A stretch of DNA of 36,628 nt, taken from IMG/VR virus record IMGVR_UViG_3300033569_000053, positions 1 to 36,628 of that record; one strand, 5' to 3'. The translations under genes and the position numbers were made by a program. The stretch is from a virus (Duplodnaviria > Caudoviricetes). Below the pieces are notes generated by a model. It had not been told where the DNA came from, searched no databases, and saw only the letters and a list, made by a program, of their open reading frames with translations. This document shows positions 1 to 8,632 of this stretch, piece after piece (the stretch's first letter is position 1; every line of letters begins with the position of its first letter).

Positions 1-127
1 ACGACAGGCCCGAGCCCGACGGCTTTTTAGGACTGGTGATCACTTTGAACCATGGTGTATATTTCCATTGGTTGATGTCGCTCCAGTTTGGTTTCCATCC
101 ATCGTTCAATGCCTCGGCAATGATGAC
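1..127. repeat. Terminal direct repeat (left copy); circular-assembly overlap
   Basis: Bases 1-127 are identical to 36502-36628. 127 nt is a common assembler k-mer size, and an ORF reads in frame through the join. Confidence 0.95.
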
Positions 128-253
128 CAGTTTGTAATGGGCGACCATCGCATCCTGGTGAATTTTCGGCAGACCTTTTACAACGGGCAGTACCGGTTTA
201 ATGTTGATGGCCTTGCAGGCGTCTTCGAATGTTTTGATATCGGTGTGTTTCAT
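1..253 (-). CDS. DGR target protein C, 5' part (127 aa in total; continues across the circular junction to the stop at 36371)
   Basis: ATG at 253 gives MKHTDIKTFEDACKAINIKPVLPVVKGLPKIHQDAMVAHYKLVIIAEALNDGWKPNW..., joining the 36371..36610 ORF. 253+131 = 384 nt = 127 aa plus stop. Paralogous to 278..781 and 794..1165. Confidence 0.9.
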   Translation of the reverse strand, partial: MKHTDIKTFEDACKAINIKPVLPVVKGLPKIHQDAMVAHYKLVIIAEALNDGWKPNWSDINQWKYTPWFKVITSPKKPSGSGLS

Positions 254-277
254 AAATGTTTTTTTGATGGTGATTGA

Positions 278-781
278 TTATTTGATCAGGATCCATTGCT
301 CGTACAGATCCTTGAACTGGGTGCCAACGTATTTTGCCAGCTCACTGGATTTCAGAAAAAGGCGGGAGCCGACACACGTAAACGAGCTCCAGTCATCGCA
401 GACGCCGCACGACAGGCCCGAGCCCGACGGTTGCTTAGCGCTTGCCTCTACATCGAACCAGGGCAGATGTTTCGGTTCGTTGGAATCGCTCCAGTTAGGT
501 GTCCAGCCTTCGTTCAATGCCCGGATGATGATGGTGAGCTTGATGTAGGCGTGGATACTTTCGGTGTCCTGTTGCAGTGCTGGATGGCTGATGGATGGCA
601 TCAGCGAAAATTGGTTGATGCCTAATTCCTGGCAGGCGGCTTCAAAGCTGTTTACCCGGTCAGTGATCTTTTGGTTGAAGAATTCCTTGCCGAATGTATC
701 GTGCAGAATTTCTTTCAGATCGGCCGCAGCTCCAGGGTAAAGCTTACGGGCTTTTGTTTCATCAATTTGCAGTGTCTTCAT
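278..781 (-). CDS. DGR target protein B (167 aa), small non-structural protein carrying a variable region
   Basis: Shares SFEAAC / AYIKLTIIIRALNEGWTPNW / PWF / SGSGLS...VGSRL motifs with its neighbours. Contains the VR at 359-427. Confidence 0.9.
   Translation of the reverse strand: MKTLQIDETKARKLYPGAAADLKEILHDTFGKEFFNQKITDRVNSFEAACQELGINQFSLMPSISHPALQQDTESIHAYIKLTIIIRALNEGWTPNWSDSNEPKHLPWFDVEASAKQPSGSGLSCGVCDDWSSFTCVGSRLFLKSSELAKYVGTQFKDLYEQWILIK
359..427 (-). repeat. DGR variable region VR-B
   Basis: 69 nt aligned to the TR with 15 mismatches, every one at a TR adenine (for example AAC>GGC, AAT>TTT, AAT>TGT, TAC>TGC). Confidence 0.95.
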
Positions 782-793
782 GTTGCAGTGATT

Positions 794-1165
794 TTAGTTG
801 AGGAATTGGTTGTAATAGGATTCCAGGATCTTTACGCCATGGAGCATGATGTCGTAGGATCGGTAGCAAAGGCGGGAGCCGACACCCGTATCCGAGAACC
901 AGTCATCGAAGTCGCTGAACGACAGGCCCGAGCCCGACCGGTTCCTGAAATAGGGAACGTATTTGTACTGGCTGCTGTCTGTGAAATCAGCCTGCCAATC
1001 CTCGTTCAAAACGCGGATGACGGTCTTGATGACCTTGTAAGCTGATTCATCCGGGGTGTCTTCCGGGCGGACCAGTTGATCAATGGATGTGCCGGCAATG
1101 GCCAGCGCGTCTTCTACCGTTTTTACCCTCTCGGTAATGGGCGGTAAGGTTTTTTTGTCTGACAT
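794..1165 (-). CDS. DGR target protein A (123 aa), small non-structural protein carrying a variable region
   Basis: ITERVKTVEDAL / AYKVIKTVIRVLNEDWQADF / KYVPYF / SGSGLS...VGSRLC; paralog of targets B and C. Contains the VR at 866-937. Confidence 0.9.
   Translation of the reverse strand: MSDKKTLPPITERVKTVEDALAIAGTSIDQLVRPEDTPDESAYKVIKTVIRVLNEDWQADFTDSSQYKYVPYFRNRSGSGLSFSDFDDWFSDTGVGSRLCYRSYDIMLHGVKILESYYNQFLN
866..937 (-). repeat. DGR variable region VR-A
   Basis: 72 nt aligned to the TR with 13 mismatches, all at TR adenines (for example TAC>TTC, AAC>TTC, AAT>GGT). Confidence 0.95.
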
Positions 1166-1236
1166 TTTTGTATTTGTTTTTTTATTAATGATTAAAAAAA
1201 AAGTTTAAAATCAGTTTCGGTTTGGGTAAATGGTCG

Positions 1237-1361
1237 TGCCTACCTGCCTACCGTGCCTACCGCTGCCTACCGCTGCCTACCTGTGCCTACCGTTTTTTGC
1301 CACTTTACAACTAATAAGAGATTAATAATTAATCGATTAATATGGTAGGCATTGGTAGGCA
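1237..1361. repeat. Putative replication origin: six direct TGCCTACC octamers, an AT-rich palindromic core and two inverted GGTAGGCA copies
   Basis: TGCCTACC at 1237, 1245, 1254, 1264, 1274 and 1284; perfect palindrome ATTAATCGATTAAT at 1328-1341; GGTAGGCA at 1344 and 1354. Lies immediately downstream of the helicase gene. Confidence 0.7.
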
Positions 1362-1401
1362 GCGTTTTTGACCTCTGGGAAACAAAACCTGTTTTTTTTT
1401 A

Positions 1402-3609
1402 TCAAATCGGCAATTTCAGGTCTTCATCCTCGGTTGTGATCTCAATATTGATGCTCTCGTACAGGAAAGCATGACAACTTGCCACAGTGTCAACCCGCTG
1501 GAAACTGGTCGTTGCACTACCGTGCTCTGTACTCCTTGCCACATTATCGTACCGGTAAAACTTCTTTGACCTGACCGCTCCAATGAAATATTTCCGGCTG
1601 CTGAAATAATGGAACAGGTTTTCCTTACTCATCGGGTTCTTACCTCGCTTCCTGCTGTCGGCTTCATATAATGGGTGCACATTGTTGAGTCGCAGGAAAA
1701 GTACGCGGCTTGGTTCCTGCAGTTGTTTCTTATCATCGCCAACCATAACCGATACCTCGTTGGAGATGATGTAATCCCAGCCTTCCTTGATCTGCTTGGT
1801 GTTGACCAGGTTCTGTACCGTGGCCCAAAACTCGCTGAGCACATCGCTGGTGGTGATGAACTTGCTCCACCTGGTTGCCTGCTTCAGGCAGTATTCCGTG
1901 AACTGCAGGGCCGTTACTGGCAATGGGAAGAACTCCTGCAGGATGGAATAATTAACTGCGGCATGCGCCCAGTTCTGCAGGATCCGCTGGTTGGCATTTC
2001 GTGCATCCGCATTCTGATGGCGCCAGTTGCCCAGCTGCTCGTTGATGGCATCTTTATAAACTTCCTTCCAGCCGGCCCGGTGCTGCAGTATTTCGGTGAG
2101 CAGGTGAGTAAGTCCATCGGCTTCCCATCCTTTCAGGGTATTGTAATTATTCACCTGCTCATCTGTGCGGTTCTCTTCTTTGCTGAATCCTTCGATGAGC
2201 GCACGGGTAACAAGGCTGTTATCATCGGCAGTGATTAGCTTCTGACCAGTGAGGATGATCAAGCCCAGGATCTTCTGGATCTCCGTCTTCAGTTTACCGG
2301 CCACGATCCGGCCCCTCTCCCGGCTCTCCCCATCGTAGGCGCCCTTTAATGCCTGGAACCACTCCGGCTTTAATGTGGCCTCATCCACTTCGTTCAGCCA
2401 GGATATGGTATTGATGAAGCGCTGCAGGTAGCTGAAGAAGGCATGATCGGTGCCGCTGTTCACATTGAAGGCCATCCGCTTGCGGTAGAAAACCGCATTG
2501 ATACTCTCGGCATATTTTGATTTACCGCTTGATGGTTCACCGAAGGCGTACAGTAACGGGCAATTATTATCTACATCGAATACCAGGTCGCGGAACAAGG
2601 CCATTGGTATTGACGCGATGGCCAGCAATCCCTTCTCTCCATATACCAGGTACATTTGATTGGCCCAATCCTTGAAGCTCACGGCTCCCGGGTGAAAGGC
2701 CAGCGGCCTGTCCATTTCGTAGGCATCGGTATTGCGACCAACGGCTTTCAGGTACACATTGCTGGAGGCCGGAATCAGGAACTGCTCTTTATTGAAGGTG
2801 ATGGTGCCGTTATCGGTTACCTGCTGCCATCCAGATCCGGGGATGTAGGCACCATTTACAAAAGCGAAGAATCCATCCTGCTGCCAGCCCAAGAAAGGAA
2901 TGCTGACGCATTTTGTGAAGCGCTCCATGAGTGAGCTGGCGATACGTTTCCATTGGGTGCTGTTGCAATAGATCATGAAGTTTCCTTCACCTATGCAGTA
3001 TTTCTGGAACAGATCCGGCGTAGGGATGGCCATGGCCGGTACTTCAATAATGGGGCTGGTCTTGTGGTTGGTGAGCCGGAAAATAAATAAGGATTCCGGA
3101 CCGTTGTAAACGTGCATCATTGGCTCTGCAATAAAATTGCTATGCTGCACGGTGGTATAGTTCTGGCTGCCATCATCATTATTCTTTACGGTAATGCCAT
3201 AGAACCCTACCTGCTTCTTTCCCTTTACAATGGCATTGCAGCTGATGAAGCCCTCATCTTTCCATTGCTGGAAATAAGGCTTTGCCCATTTCGGGAACTT
3301 CTCGGGATCTTCGATGATCACATCATCCTCATTTTGTTCATAGGGCTTCCTGGAAGGCAGGCGCTGTTCCAATATGCCGGCCAGTTGCTTCTTACTGTCG
3401 GTGGCCTTCCATTTGTATTGCTTGCAGATATTATCCAGGTAATTACCCCGGACCAGCTCATTCGGGATCTCGGCCAGCAGCTTCAACGTATCGGTCTTGG
3501 CCTGGGCCGTACTGTGCGGATCCACGGCATTTGACATATACCTGAAAGCCTGCCACATAATGGCGTCGGTGATGGTGATGAGGGGTTTTATGGTGGTGGT
3601 TTCTTGCAC
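1402..3609 (-). CDS. Replicative P-loop NTPase/helicase (C-terminal half of a primase-helicase), GTG start
   Basis: Walker A GEPSSGKS and Walker B-like WLNEVD. The N-terminus (DPHSTAQAKTDTLKLLAEIPNELVRGNYLDNICKQYKW) resembles the helical region that follows TOPRIM in DnaG. Confidence 0.7.
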   Translation of the reverse strand: MQETTTIKPLITITDAIMWQAFRYMSNAVDPHSTAQAKTDTLKLLAEIPNELVRGNYLDNICKQYKWKATDSKKQLAGILEQRLPSRKPYEQNEDDVIIEDPEKFPKWAKPYFQQWKDEGFISCNAIVKGKKQVGFYGITVKNNDDGSQNYTTVQHSNFIAEPMMHVYNGPESLFIFRLTNHKTSPIIEVPAMAIPTPDLFQKYCIGEGNFMIYCNSTQWKRIASSLMERFTKCVSIPFLGWQQDGFFAFVNGAYIPGSGWQQVTDNGTITFNKEQFLIPASSNVYLKAVGRNTDAYEMDRPLAFHPGAVSFKDWANQMYLVYGEKGLLAIASIPMALFRDLVFDVDNNCPLLYAFGEPSSGKSKYAESINAVFYRKRMAFNVNSGTDHAFFSYLQRFINTISWLNEVDEATLKPEWFQALKGAYDGESRERGRIVAGKLKTEIQKILGLIILTGQKLITADDNSLVTRALIEGFSKEENRTDEQVNNYNTLKGWEADGLTHLLTEILQHRAGWKEVYKDAINEQLGNWRHQNADARNANQRILQNWAHAAVNYSILQEFFPLPVTALQFTEYCLKQATRWSKFITTSDVLSEFWATVQNLVNTKQIKEGWDYIISNEVSVMVGDDKKQLQEPSRVLFLRLNNVHPLYEADSRKRGKNPMSKENLFHYFSSRKYFIGAVRSKKFYRYDNVARSTEHGSATTSFQRVDTVASCHAFLYESINIEITTEDEDLKLPI

Positions 3610-3610
3610 T

Positions 3611-4249
3611 CTACTTTTTAAAAAGTGTTAATTGTTTTGTTTCATTAATAAACCTGCTTTGTGCCAGCTGGTAGTATTCGGGGTCAATTTCACATCCAAC
3701 AAAATCAAACCCCATTTGGTAGGCTGCAATAGCAGAACTGGCGCTTCCTAAATGAGTGTCTAATATCCTCCTCCCCTCCCCCATACAATAGTTGTTTAAT
3801 ATCCATTTGTAAAGACCTACAGGCTTTTCATGTGGATGAATTCCGGACCGGGGCTCACACCGAATAAAACCATTCCATGCCAATCTGATAATGCGGGCAG
3901 GAACATTTAAGCTATGCCAGGCTAATTCACATTCTGCCATGTGCGAATCAGTATAATTCCTTTTTTTATCCCAAATAATCCATGAATTTCTTGGGGGCAG
4001 AAATTCAGTATAATAGTTAGCTCCCCAAATAATTTGATGCTTAGAGACCCTAAAGAGTTGATCAAAATATTCCTTAGATGGGATGGCTTTATTTTTATAA
4101 GTTGATCGATGCTTATAGAACTTTGAGTATTTATCTTTTCTCCAATTTTCACCTATACCATAATCTGGGTCAACTAATGCAAAATCAAAAGCTAAATCAG
4201 GCAGCCCCTTCATATATGCTGTAGAGTCGATATTTAAAAACTCAATCAT
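3611..4249 (-). CDS. N6-adenine/N4-cytosine DNA methyltransferase (beta-type motif order)
   Basis: Catalytic-motif variant VDPDYGIG near the N-terminus, then IIWGANY, HPHEKPVGLY, SAM-binding ILDTHLGSASS and GCEID. Confidence 0.85.
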   Translation of the reverse strand: MIEFLNIDSTAYMKGLPDLAFDFALVDPDYGIGENWRKDKYSKFYKHRSTYKNKAIPSKEYFDQLFRVSKHQIIWGANYYTEFLPPRNSWIIWDKKRNYTDSHMAECELAWHSLNVPARIIRLAWNGFIRCEPRSGIHPHEKPVGLYKWILNNYCMGEGRRILDTHLGSASSAIAAYQMGFDFVGCEIDPEYYQLAQSRFINETKQLTLFKK

Positions 4250-4251
4250 TA

Positions 4252-4632
4252 TTATAGTTCAATTTTTAACTGGTGGTTCTCTTTATGTCTGCGGCCATAT
4301 TTGCGATTATCTACATGCTGCTTATGATCATGCTTCAGGTGGCAGCGCTGGCAAAGAGCAGCCAGGTTGCCGAAGCGGTTGTTGTTTTTATCCCGGTCGA
4401 TATGCGCCACGGTAAGTACAATCTTGACCGGCTTGAATCCATCATCCGCTAATGCCTCACCCTGCATTCCCTGCGGCCACAGTCGCCACTCGCTGCTGTT
4501 CTTAATCGGCCTGTATATCAACTCACCATTTGGCACTCCGCACCATTCACAATGGTTATTTGCTCTCCGGAAGCGAATGAGCTTGCTGATGAGGCGCCAT
4601 TTGGGGTGGTATAAGGAGTAATTGATGGGCAT
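4252..4632 (-). CDS. HNH-family (Zn-finger) endonuclease-like protein
   Basis: CEWC...VLTVAHIDRDKNNNRFGNLAALCQRCHLKHD. Start reassigned to the ATG at 4632 (MPINY), just after the Dcm stop. Confidence 0.8.
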   Translation of the reverse strand: MPINYSLYHPKWRLISKLIRFRRANNHCEWCGVPNGELIYRPIKNSSEWRLWPQGMQGEALADDGFKPVKIVLTVAHIDRDKNNNRFGNLAALCQRCHLKHDHKQHVDNRKYGRRHKENHQLKIEL

Positions 4633-4636
4633 GATC

Positions 4637-6292
4637 TTAATTAAGTGATTCAACACAACGTGATACAAGAAATTCCATCGCCGGCGGCGTTACCGCATTC
4701 CCGCACTGCTTCACCTGGTCTTTAACCGTTCCAAGAATGATGTAGTTATTATCAAAGGCCATTGAGCGTTTCACTTCATGTCGGTTGAACATCCTGTAAT
4801 AACAGTCTTCGATATTGGGCTTTTCGTAGGTTACGAGAGCAGCTCGGTCGTTACAGGTAGTGGTTCCACCAGCATCGGTTATGTGCTTAATGCAATGGCT
4901 TCCTCCAAAATAATTGGCGATAAAACTGTTCCAGGCTTCCGTAGTAACAAGGCCTGTTTTTGCACCGCCGGCCGTAGCTGTATTGACCACATTGCCGATA
5001 GTCCTGGCTTTTCCTCCACTACTGGATTCAGTGAGGAAGCAAACCCCCTGACCTTGGGTGGTCGTTTGTGTTTGCATTGCTTCCAAGGTTGATCTGATAT
5101 TGGATATCAGCATCTGAGAATGCCTGCAGGTCTGTGTCGGCAATTTGTTCGAGATAGAAGAAACATCTCCGCCATGCTCCAGTTTGATGATAAAAGGAGG
5201 AACGCATAATTTTATTTGATGCGTAGTAGGAATAGTCGGCATAATATCCCCCGTTGATTTTACCCTGAAATCTATTCCCGTTGAATGCTGATCGTTGACA
5301 ATGAAAGGGAATCCGGCGATGGCCTGCGAAGGAGATGTGGACTGTGTGAACCCAATATCATTCACATGCCTTACTACTCCTCTTGCCTCATCGCCATAAG
5401 CCGTGTGAAACTGGATTGGTTCTCCACCGAACTTATCAATACCATACTGAACCCTTGCAACTGTCTTTGGGGATAGCGGTTTTTTGCGGTCGCCGATCCT
5501 TGTGCCGATATCACTCCAGTCAATAATATTCATGGCGGCGTAGTAGTATGGCTCAACAATGGATGTGCAGAATGGGCAGGAATAGACGTATTGCTGTTTG
5601 TACTTGCCGAATTGTTTGTAGGTATTTTTCCATGTCTGCACACTATCAATATCGCGGGAACACTTAGGACAAAAAGCCCTTGGCATCAGATCAAGGTTAG
5701 GTGCCTTATTACCTTTTTTCCAGAATACAACGTACATCCTATCCCGGCTTTGAGGCGTTGGATGGCAGTGCATCGAATTCAGGTAAACACATTTGTGATC
5801 GTACCCCAACTTATGCATCGCCATCAGCCAAACATCGAATAGCGCCCACCTGGTCTTAGCCTCCACCACATTCTCTACAATGATGCAGTTATACTGGTGG
5901 TATTCAGCAAAGCGGCATACATCCCACATTGTAGCCCTACTGCGCTCAGTTGCAGGATCGATAACTCCCTTCTCGAACATATCCATCTGCTTTTTCAAAG
6001 ACTTATGGTTATTACCGCCGGCAGGTGAATGCGTAGTGCATTCCGGAGAGGTGATCAGGATGTCGGTTGAGGGGTATCTTCGGGGATCGCAAGCAGAGAT
6101 ATCGGTACAATCATGATCTGTGTCAGGAAAGTTTGTTTCATGAGTTTGAATCGCAAGTTTCCAATGATTGAGTGCAATCTTAACCTCAATACCGCCGCCG
6201 ATTTTATGAGATAGCTTACGCACACCCTGGCTGCTTCCGCCGGCGCCGCAAAACTGATCCGTAACTGTTATATGTGATTTTTTTTTGGGCAT
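4637..6292 (-). CDS. dcm: C5-cytosine DNA methyltransferase (orphan, phage type)
   Basis: Motif I DQFCGAGG, IV SPEC, VI VENV, VIII QSRDR and X GNAV; inserted CPKC...CPFC Zn ribbon and a long variable region. Confidence 0.9.
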   Translation of the reverse strand: MPKKKSHITVTDQFCGAGGSSQGVRKLSHKIGGGIEVKIALNHWKLAIQTHETNFPDTDHDCTDISACDPRRYPSTDILITSPECTTHSPAGGNNHKSLKKQMDMFEKGVIDPATERSRATMWDVCRFAEYHQYNCIIVENVVEAKTRWALFDVWLMAMHKLGYDHKCVYLNSMHCHPTPQSRDRMYVVFWKKGNKAPNLDLMPRAFCPKCSRDIDSVQTWKNTYKQFGKYKQQYVYSCPFCTSIVEPYYYAAMNIIDWSDIGTRIGDRKKPLSPKTVARVQYGIDKFGGEPIQFHTAYGDEARGVVRHVNDIGFTQSTSPSQAIAGFPFIVNDQHSTGIDFRVKSTGDIMPTIPTTHQIKLCVPPFIIKLEHGGDVSSISNKLPTQTCRHSQMLISNIRSTLEAMQTQTTTQGQGVCFLTESSSGGKARTIGNVVNTATAGGAKTGLVTTEAWNSFIANYFGGSHCIKHITDAGGTTTCNDRAALVTYEKPNIEDCYYRMFNRHEVKRSMAFDNNYIILGTVKDQVKQCGNAVTPPAMEFLVSRCVESLN

Positions 6293-6301
6293 TTTGATGT
6301 A

Positions 6302-7387
6302 TCAAGCAACTTTTAAAAGTGATCTAACAAAGTCATCAGGATCCATCTTATCCGGCAGCTGTGCCACTTCCACTTTGAACCGGGCCTTAATCAGCGTGGG
6401 GATGTCTTTCTCTACGGCAGCCGTGCCGGCTTTATCTCCATCCCGCAGGATAATCACATGATCGGTGTACTTGCGCAGCAGCCGGGCCTGTTCATCAGTA
6501 AGAGCGGTGCCACAGGTGGCCACGGTGTTTTCATCGCCGTAGGTGTGCATACTGATCACATCGAAGTAGCCCTCGGTTAACCAGGCGAAGCGGCGCTCCT
6601 TGATGGCCCGGGTGGCCCGGTTAAGTCCAAATAAGGTGGCGCTCTTGTTGTATAGCTCATTCTCTGTAGGATTGATGTATTTGGCGTATTCCTTGCCCTT
6701 ATCGGCTTCATCGAGCTGCAGGTAGCGGCCGGCGATGCCAATACTGCGGCCCTGGTGGTTGGTAATGGGGATGATGATGCGGCTGCGGTATCCGTCGTAA
6801 TTGCTGTCATCATTCTTACCGTGCTTAATGATGCCCATGGCTGCGGCATGATCATGATGCCCGGCGTTGATCAGCCCTGGGGTAAGGTGGCGCCAGTCGG
6901 TGGTGGACCAGCCCAGGTTCCACTCGATCATGATCTCCCGGGTGATGCCGCGGCTGGTGAGGTACTGCATCACCGGATCGTGCTCGGGTAGTGCCAGCAG
7001 GTTGGCCTTGTACTTATTGATCACGAGCTGCAGCACTTCCTCCATTGACTGGCGCTGCTGCTTTTGTGCGGCGTATTTTTCGGAATCTTCCGGCTCGGTG
7101 TATTCAATGGCAATGCCGGCGATATTGGCGATGGTCTCCACGGCCTGGATAAAGTCCTGCTTTTCGTGCTCCATTACAAAGGCGATGGCATCTCCGCTTT
7201 TGCCGCAGCCAAAGCATTTGTAAATACCCTTGGTTTCGGTTACGGTGAAGCTGGGCGTTTTCTCTCCATGAAATGGGCACAGGCCAAGCATATTGCTGCC
7301 GGCGCGTTTAAGCTTAACGTAGTGGCCAATGATGTCCACCGTGGAAGCTTCGCGTACTGCGTTTATGGTGTTTTCTGAAAGCAGCAT
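6302..7387 (-). CDS. dnaG: DnaG-type DNA primase (CHC2 Zn finger plus TOPRIM), ending right after TOPRIM
   Basis: CPFHGEKTPSF...CFGC; KYINP, LTEGYFDVI, CGTALT, RDGDKAG, DPDD. Confidence 0.92.
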   Translation of the reverse strand: MLLSENTINAVREASTVDIIGHYVKLKRAGSNMLGLCPFHGEKTPSFTVTETKGIYKCFGCGKSGDAIAFVMEHEKQDFIQAVETIANIAGIAIEYTEPEDSEKYAAQKQQRQSMEEVLQLVINKYKANLLALPEHDPVMQYLTSRGITREIMIEWNLGWSTTDWRHLTPGLINAGHHDHAAAMGIIKHGKNDDSNYDGYRSRIIIPITNHQGRSIGIAGRYLQLDEADKGKEYAKYINPTENELYNKSATLFGLNRATRAIKERRFAWLTEGYFDVISMHTYGDENTVATCGTALTDEQARLLRKYTDHVIILRDGDKAGTAAVEKDIPTLIKARFKVEVAQLPDKMDPDDFVRSLLKVA

Positions 7388-7395
7388 GGGGGCAG

Positions 7396-7701
7396 TTAAG
7401 CAACTTTAAGTTTTGGTGAATAACGGCGGCGCTGTTGCTGCATTTTCCGGTAAAGGCGACGGACGCATTGCCGCAGATCGGGGCCATCTTTTAAATACCT
7501 GGTATCGGAGCAGAATTCCTGAACGTACTTATCGGCCTCCACATAATCGCGGTAGCTGGAGATATTCTTCACCATATCGAGCAGTTGCTCGTACCGGGCG
7601 TACCAAGTAAACTGAGCCAGGTGCGCAGGAAGGATGAAGTTGAAATAGATGAACCTTGCTACAAAGACAAGGGCGGCGATGATAAGCAGTACTTTGATCA
7701 T
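7396..7701 (-). CDS. Hypothetical membrane-anchored protein
   Basis: Hydrophobic N-terminus (MIKVLLIIAALVFVARFIYFNFIL); ATGA overlap with the upstream ORF. Confidence 0.6.
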   Translation of the reverse strand: MIKVLLIIAALVFVARFIYFNFILPAHLAQFTWYARYEQLLDMVKNISSYRDYVEADKYVQEFCSDTRYLKDGPDLRQCVRRLYRKMQQQRRRYSPKLKVA

Positions 7702-7997
7702 TGGGCTAAGAAGTTTTGTTGGTTAATGGCTTCGGTAACTGTGGGATGAAGAGGCCGCTTTGATTTTTCAGAGAACCAGCGGATCCATTGGCTGTCCTGG
7801 ATGATGTCGCTGATCCTGAACCCGGCGTATTTACCAAAGGCGATGTAGGTAAATAGTTCGATGGGTCTCTTTGGCTTTGGTTGCCGTTTCGCCTTAACCG
7901 CTTTCAGCTCCTTTTGACTGAACAGAGTTGGTTGACCGGGCGATAAGGACCTGCTCGTCGCCGGATTGCTGTGCGAAGATTTTTGTGTGCTGGCCAT
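7698..7997 (-). CDS. Hypothetical protein with an FGKY motif (DUF3820/exonuclease C-terminal-like)
   Basis: IAFGKYAGFRISDIIQDSQWIRW; lies in the early operon. Confidence 0.55.
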   Translation of the reverse strand: MASTQKSSHSNPATSRSLSPGQPTLFSQKELKAVKAKRQPKPKRPIELFTYIAFGKYAGFRISDIIQDSQWIRWFSEKSKRPLHPTVTEAINQQNFLAQ

Positions 7998-8097
7998 CGT
8001 TGGTAATTGTTATGATGGAGGATGGGGTTACCTGGTTGCTTTGGCATTTAGCGATGAATACGCCGAGGATCTCTTTGGTAAGGGTGATGCTGATCAT
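7894..8097 (-). CDS. Hypothetical early protein
   Basis: ATGA-coupled to 8094..8276, but overlaps the next ORF, so uncertain. Confidence 0.35.
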   Translation of the reverse strand: MISITLTKEILGVFIAKCQSNQVTPSSIITITNDGQHTKIFAQQSGDEQVLIARSTNSVQSKGAESG

Positions 8098-8276
8098 TGC
8101 AGTATTTGTTCGATGGTGATGGGATTTGTTGACTGGAGCATCAGCTTCTCGTAAAAGCGCTGGCGGCCTTCGTAGTATTCACGCAGGTGTGGTTTTTCAC
8201 TGGCCCTTTGTGCTGCCCATGCGTACATGTTGGCGTAGAAGTTTTGAAGCATGTTTTGGATTCGGGAGTTTTGCAT
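8094..8276 (-). CDS. Hypothetical early protein
   Basis: 60-aa ORF in the operon downstream of the cro-like gene. Confidence 0.45.
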   Translation of the reverse strand: MQNSRIQNMLQNFYANMYAWAAQRASEKPHLREYYEGRQRFYEKLMLQSTNPITIEQILQ

Positions 8277-8397
8277 TGGCTTTTTCGATTAGGTTATCTG
8301 CGTTTATATCATCCGTGATCTTCCACTTCACTTTGAGGGCCTCAACCATTTGCCTCAATCTTTCGCTGCGTGGTAGGTTGCTGGCCGGTAGCTTCAT
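8197..8397 (-). CDS. Hypothetical early protein
   Basis: Starts 3 nt after the cro-like stop; overlaps the next ORF. Confidence 0.45.
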   Translation of the reverse strand: MKLPASNLPRSERLRQMVEALKVKWKITDDINADNLIEKANAKLPNPKHASKLLRQHVRMGSTKGQ

Positions 8398-8400
8398 GGG

Positions 8401-8616
8401 TTATTCAGTGAGTTGTACGGTTATGACTTCTCTTATTTTTTTGATGGTAGCCGGCTTGCCGCTGCCCAGTGCATAAATGCGATCGAGTGATGTGCGGGAT
8501 ATGGATAAAGCATCAGCAGCCAGCTGATCGGTTTCTTGCGACTTAACCCAGGCTTGGAACGCCCGGAACTCGGCGCGGCTCATTTTCTCAGATCGCTTTG
8601 GCTTTTCAAGTGTCAT
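8401..8616 (-). CDS. Cro-like HTH regulator
   Basis: 71 aa with HTH-like TDQLAADALSISRTSLDRIYALG; divergent from the repressor. Confidence 0.7.
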   Translation of the reverse strand: MTLEKPKRSEKMSRAEFRAFQAWVKSQETDQLAADALSISRTSLDRIYALGSGKPATIKKIREVITVQLTE

Positions 8617-8632
8617 AAACTTGTCATTTGTT

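Noticed and set aside
359-937. Repeated GACAGGCCCGAGCCCGAC segments as a CRISPR array
   Set aside because: The copies are about 400-500 bp apart inside ORFs and are explained as VR 5' ends; no cas genes are present.
4252-6292. Dcm plus HNH as a restriction-modification system
   Set aside because: The small Zn-finger HNH resembles common phage stand-alone HNH proteins and nothing links it to the MTase specificity. It cannot be excluded without assays.
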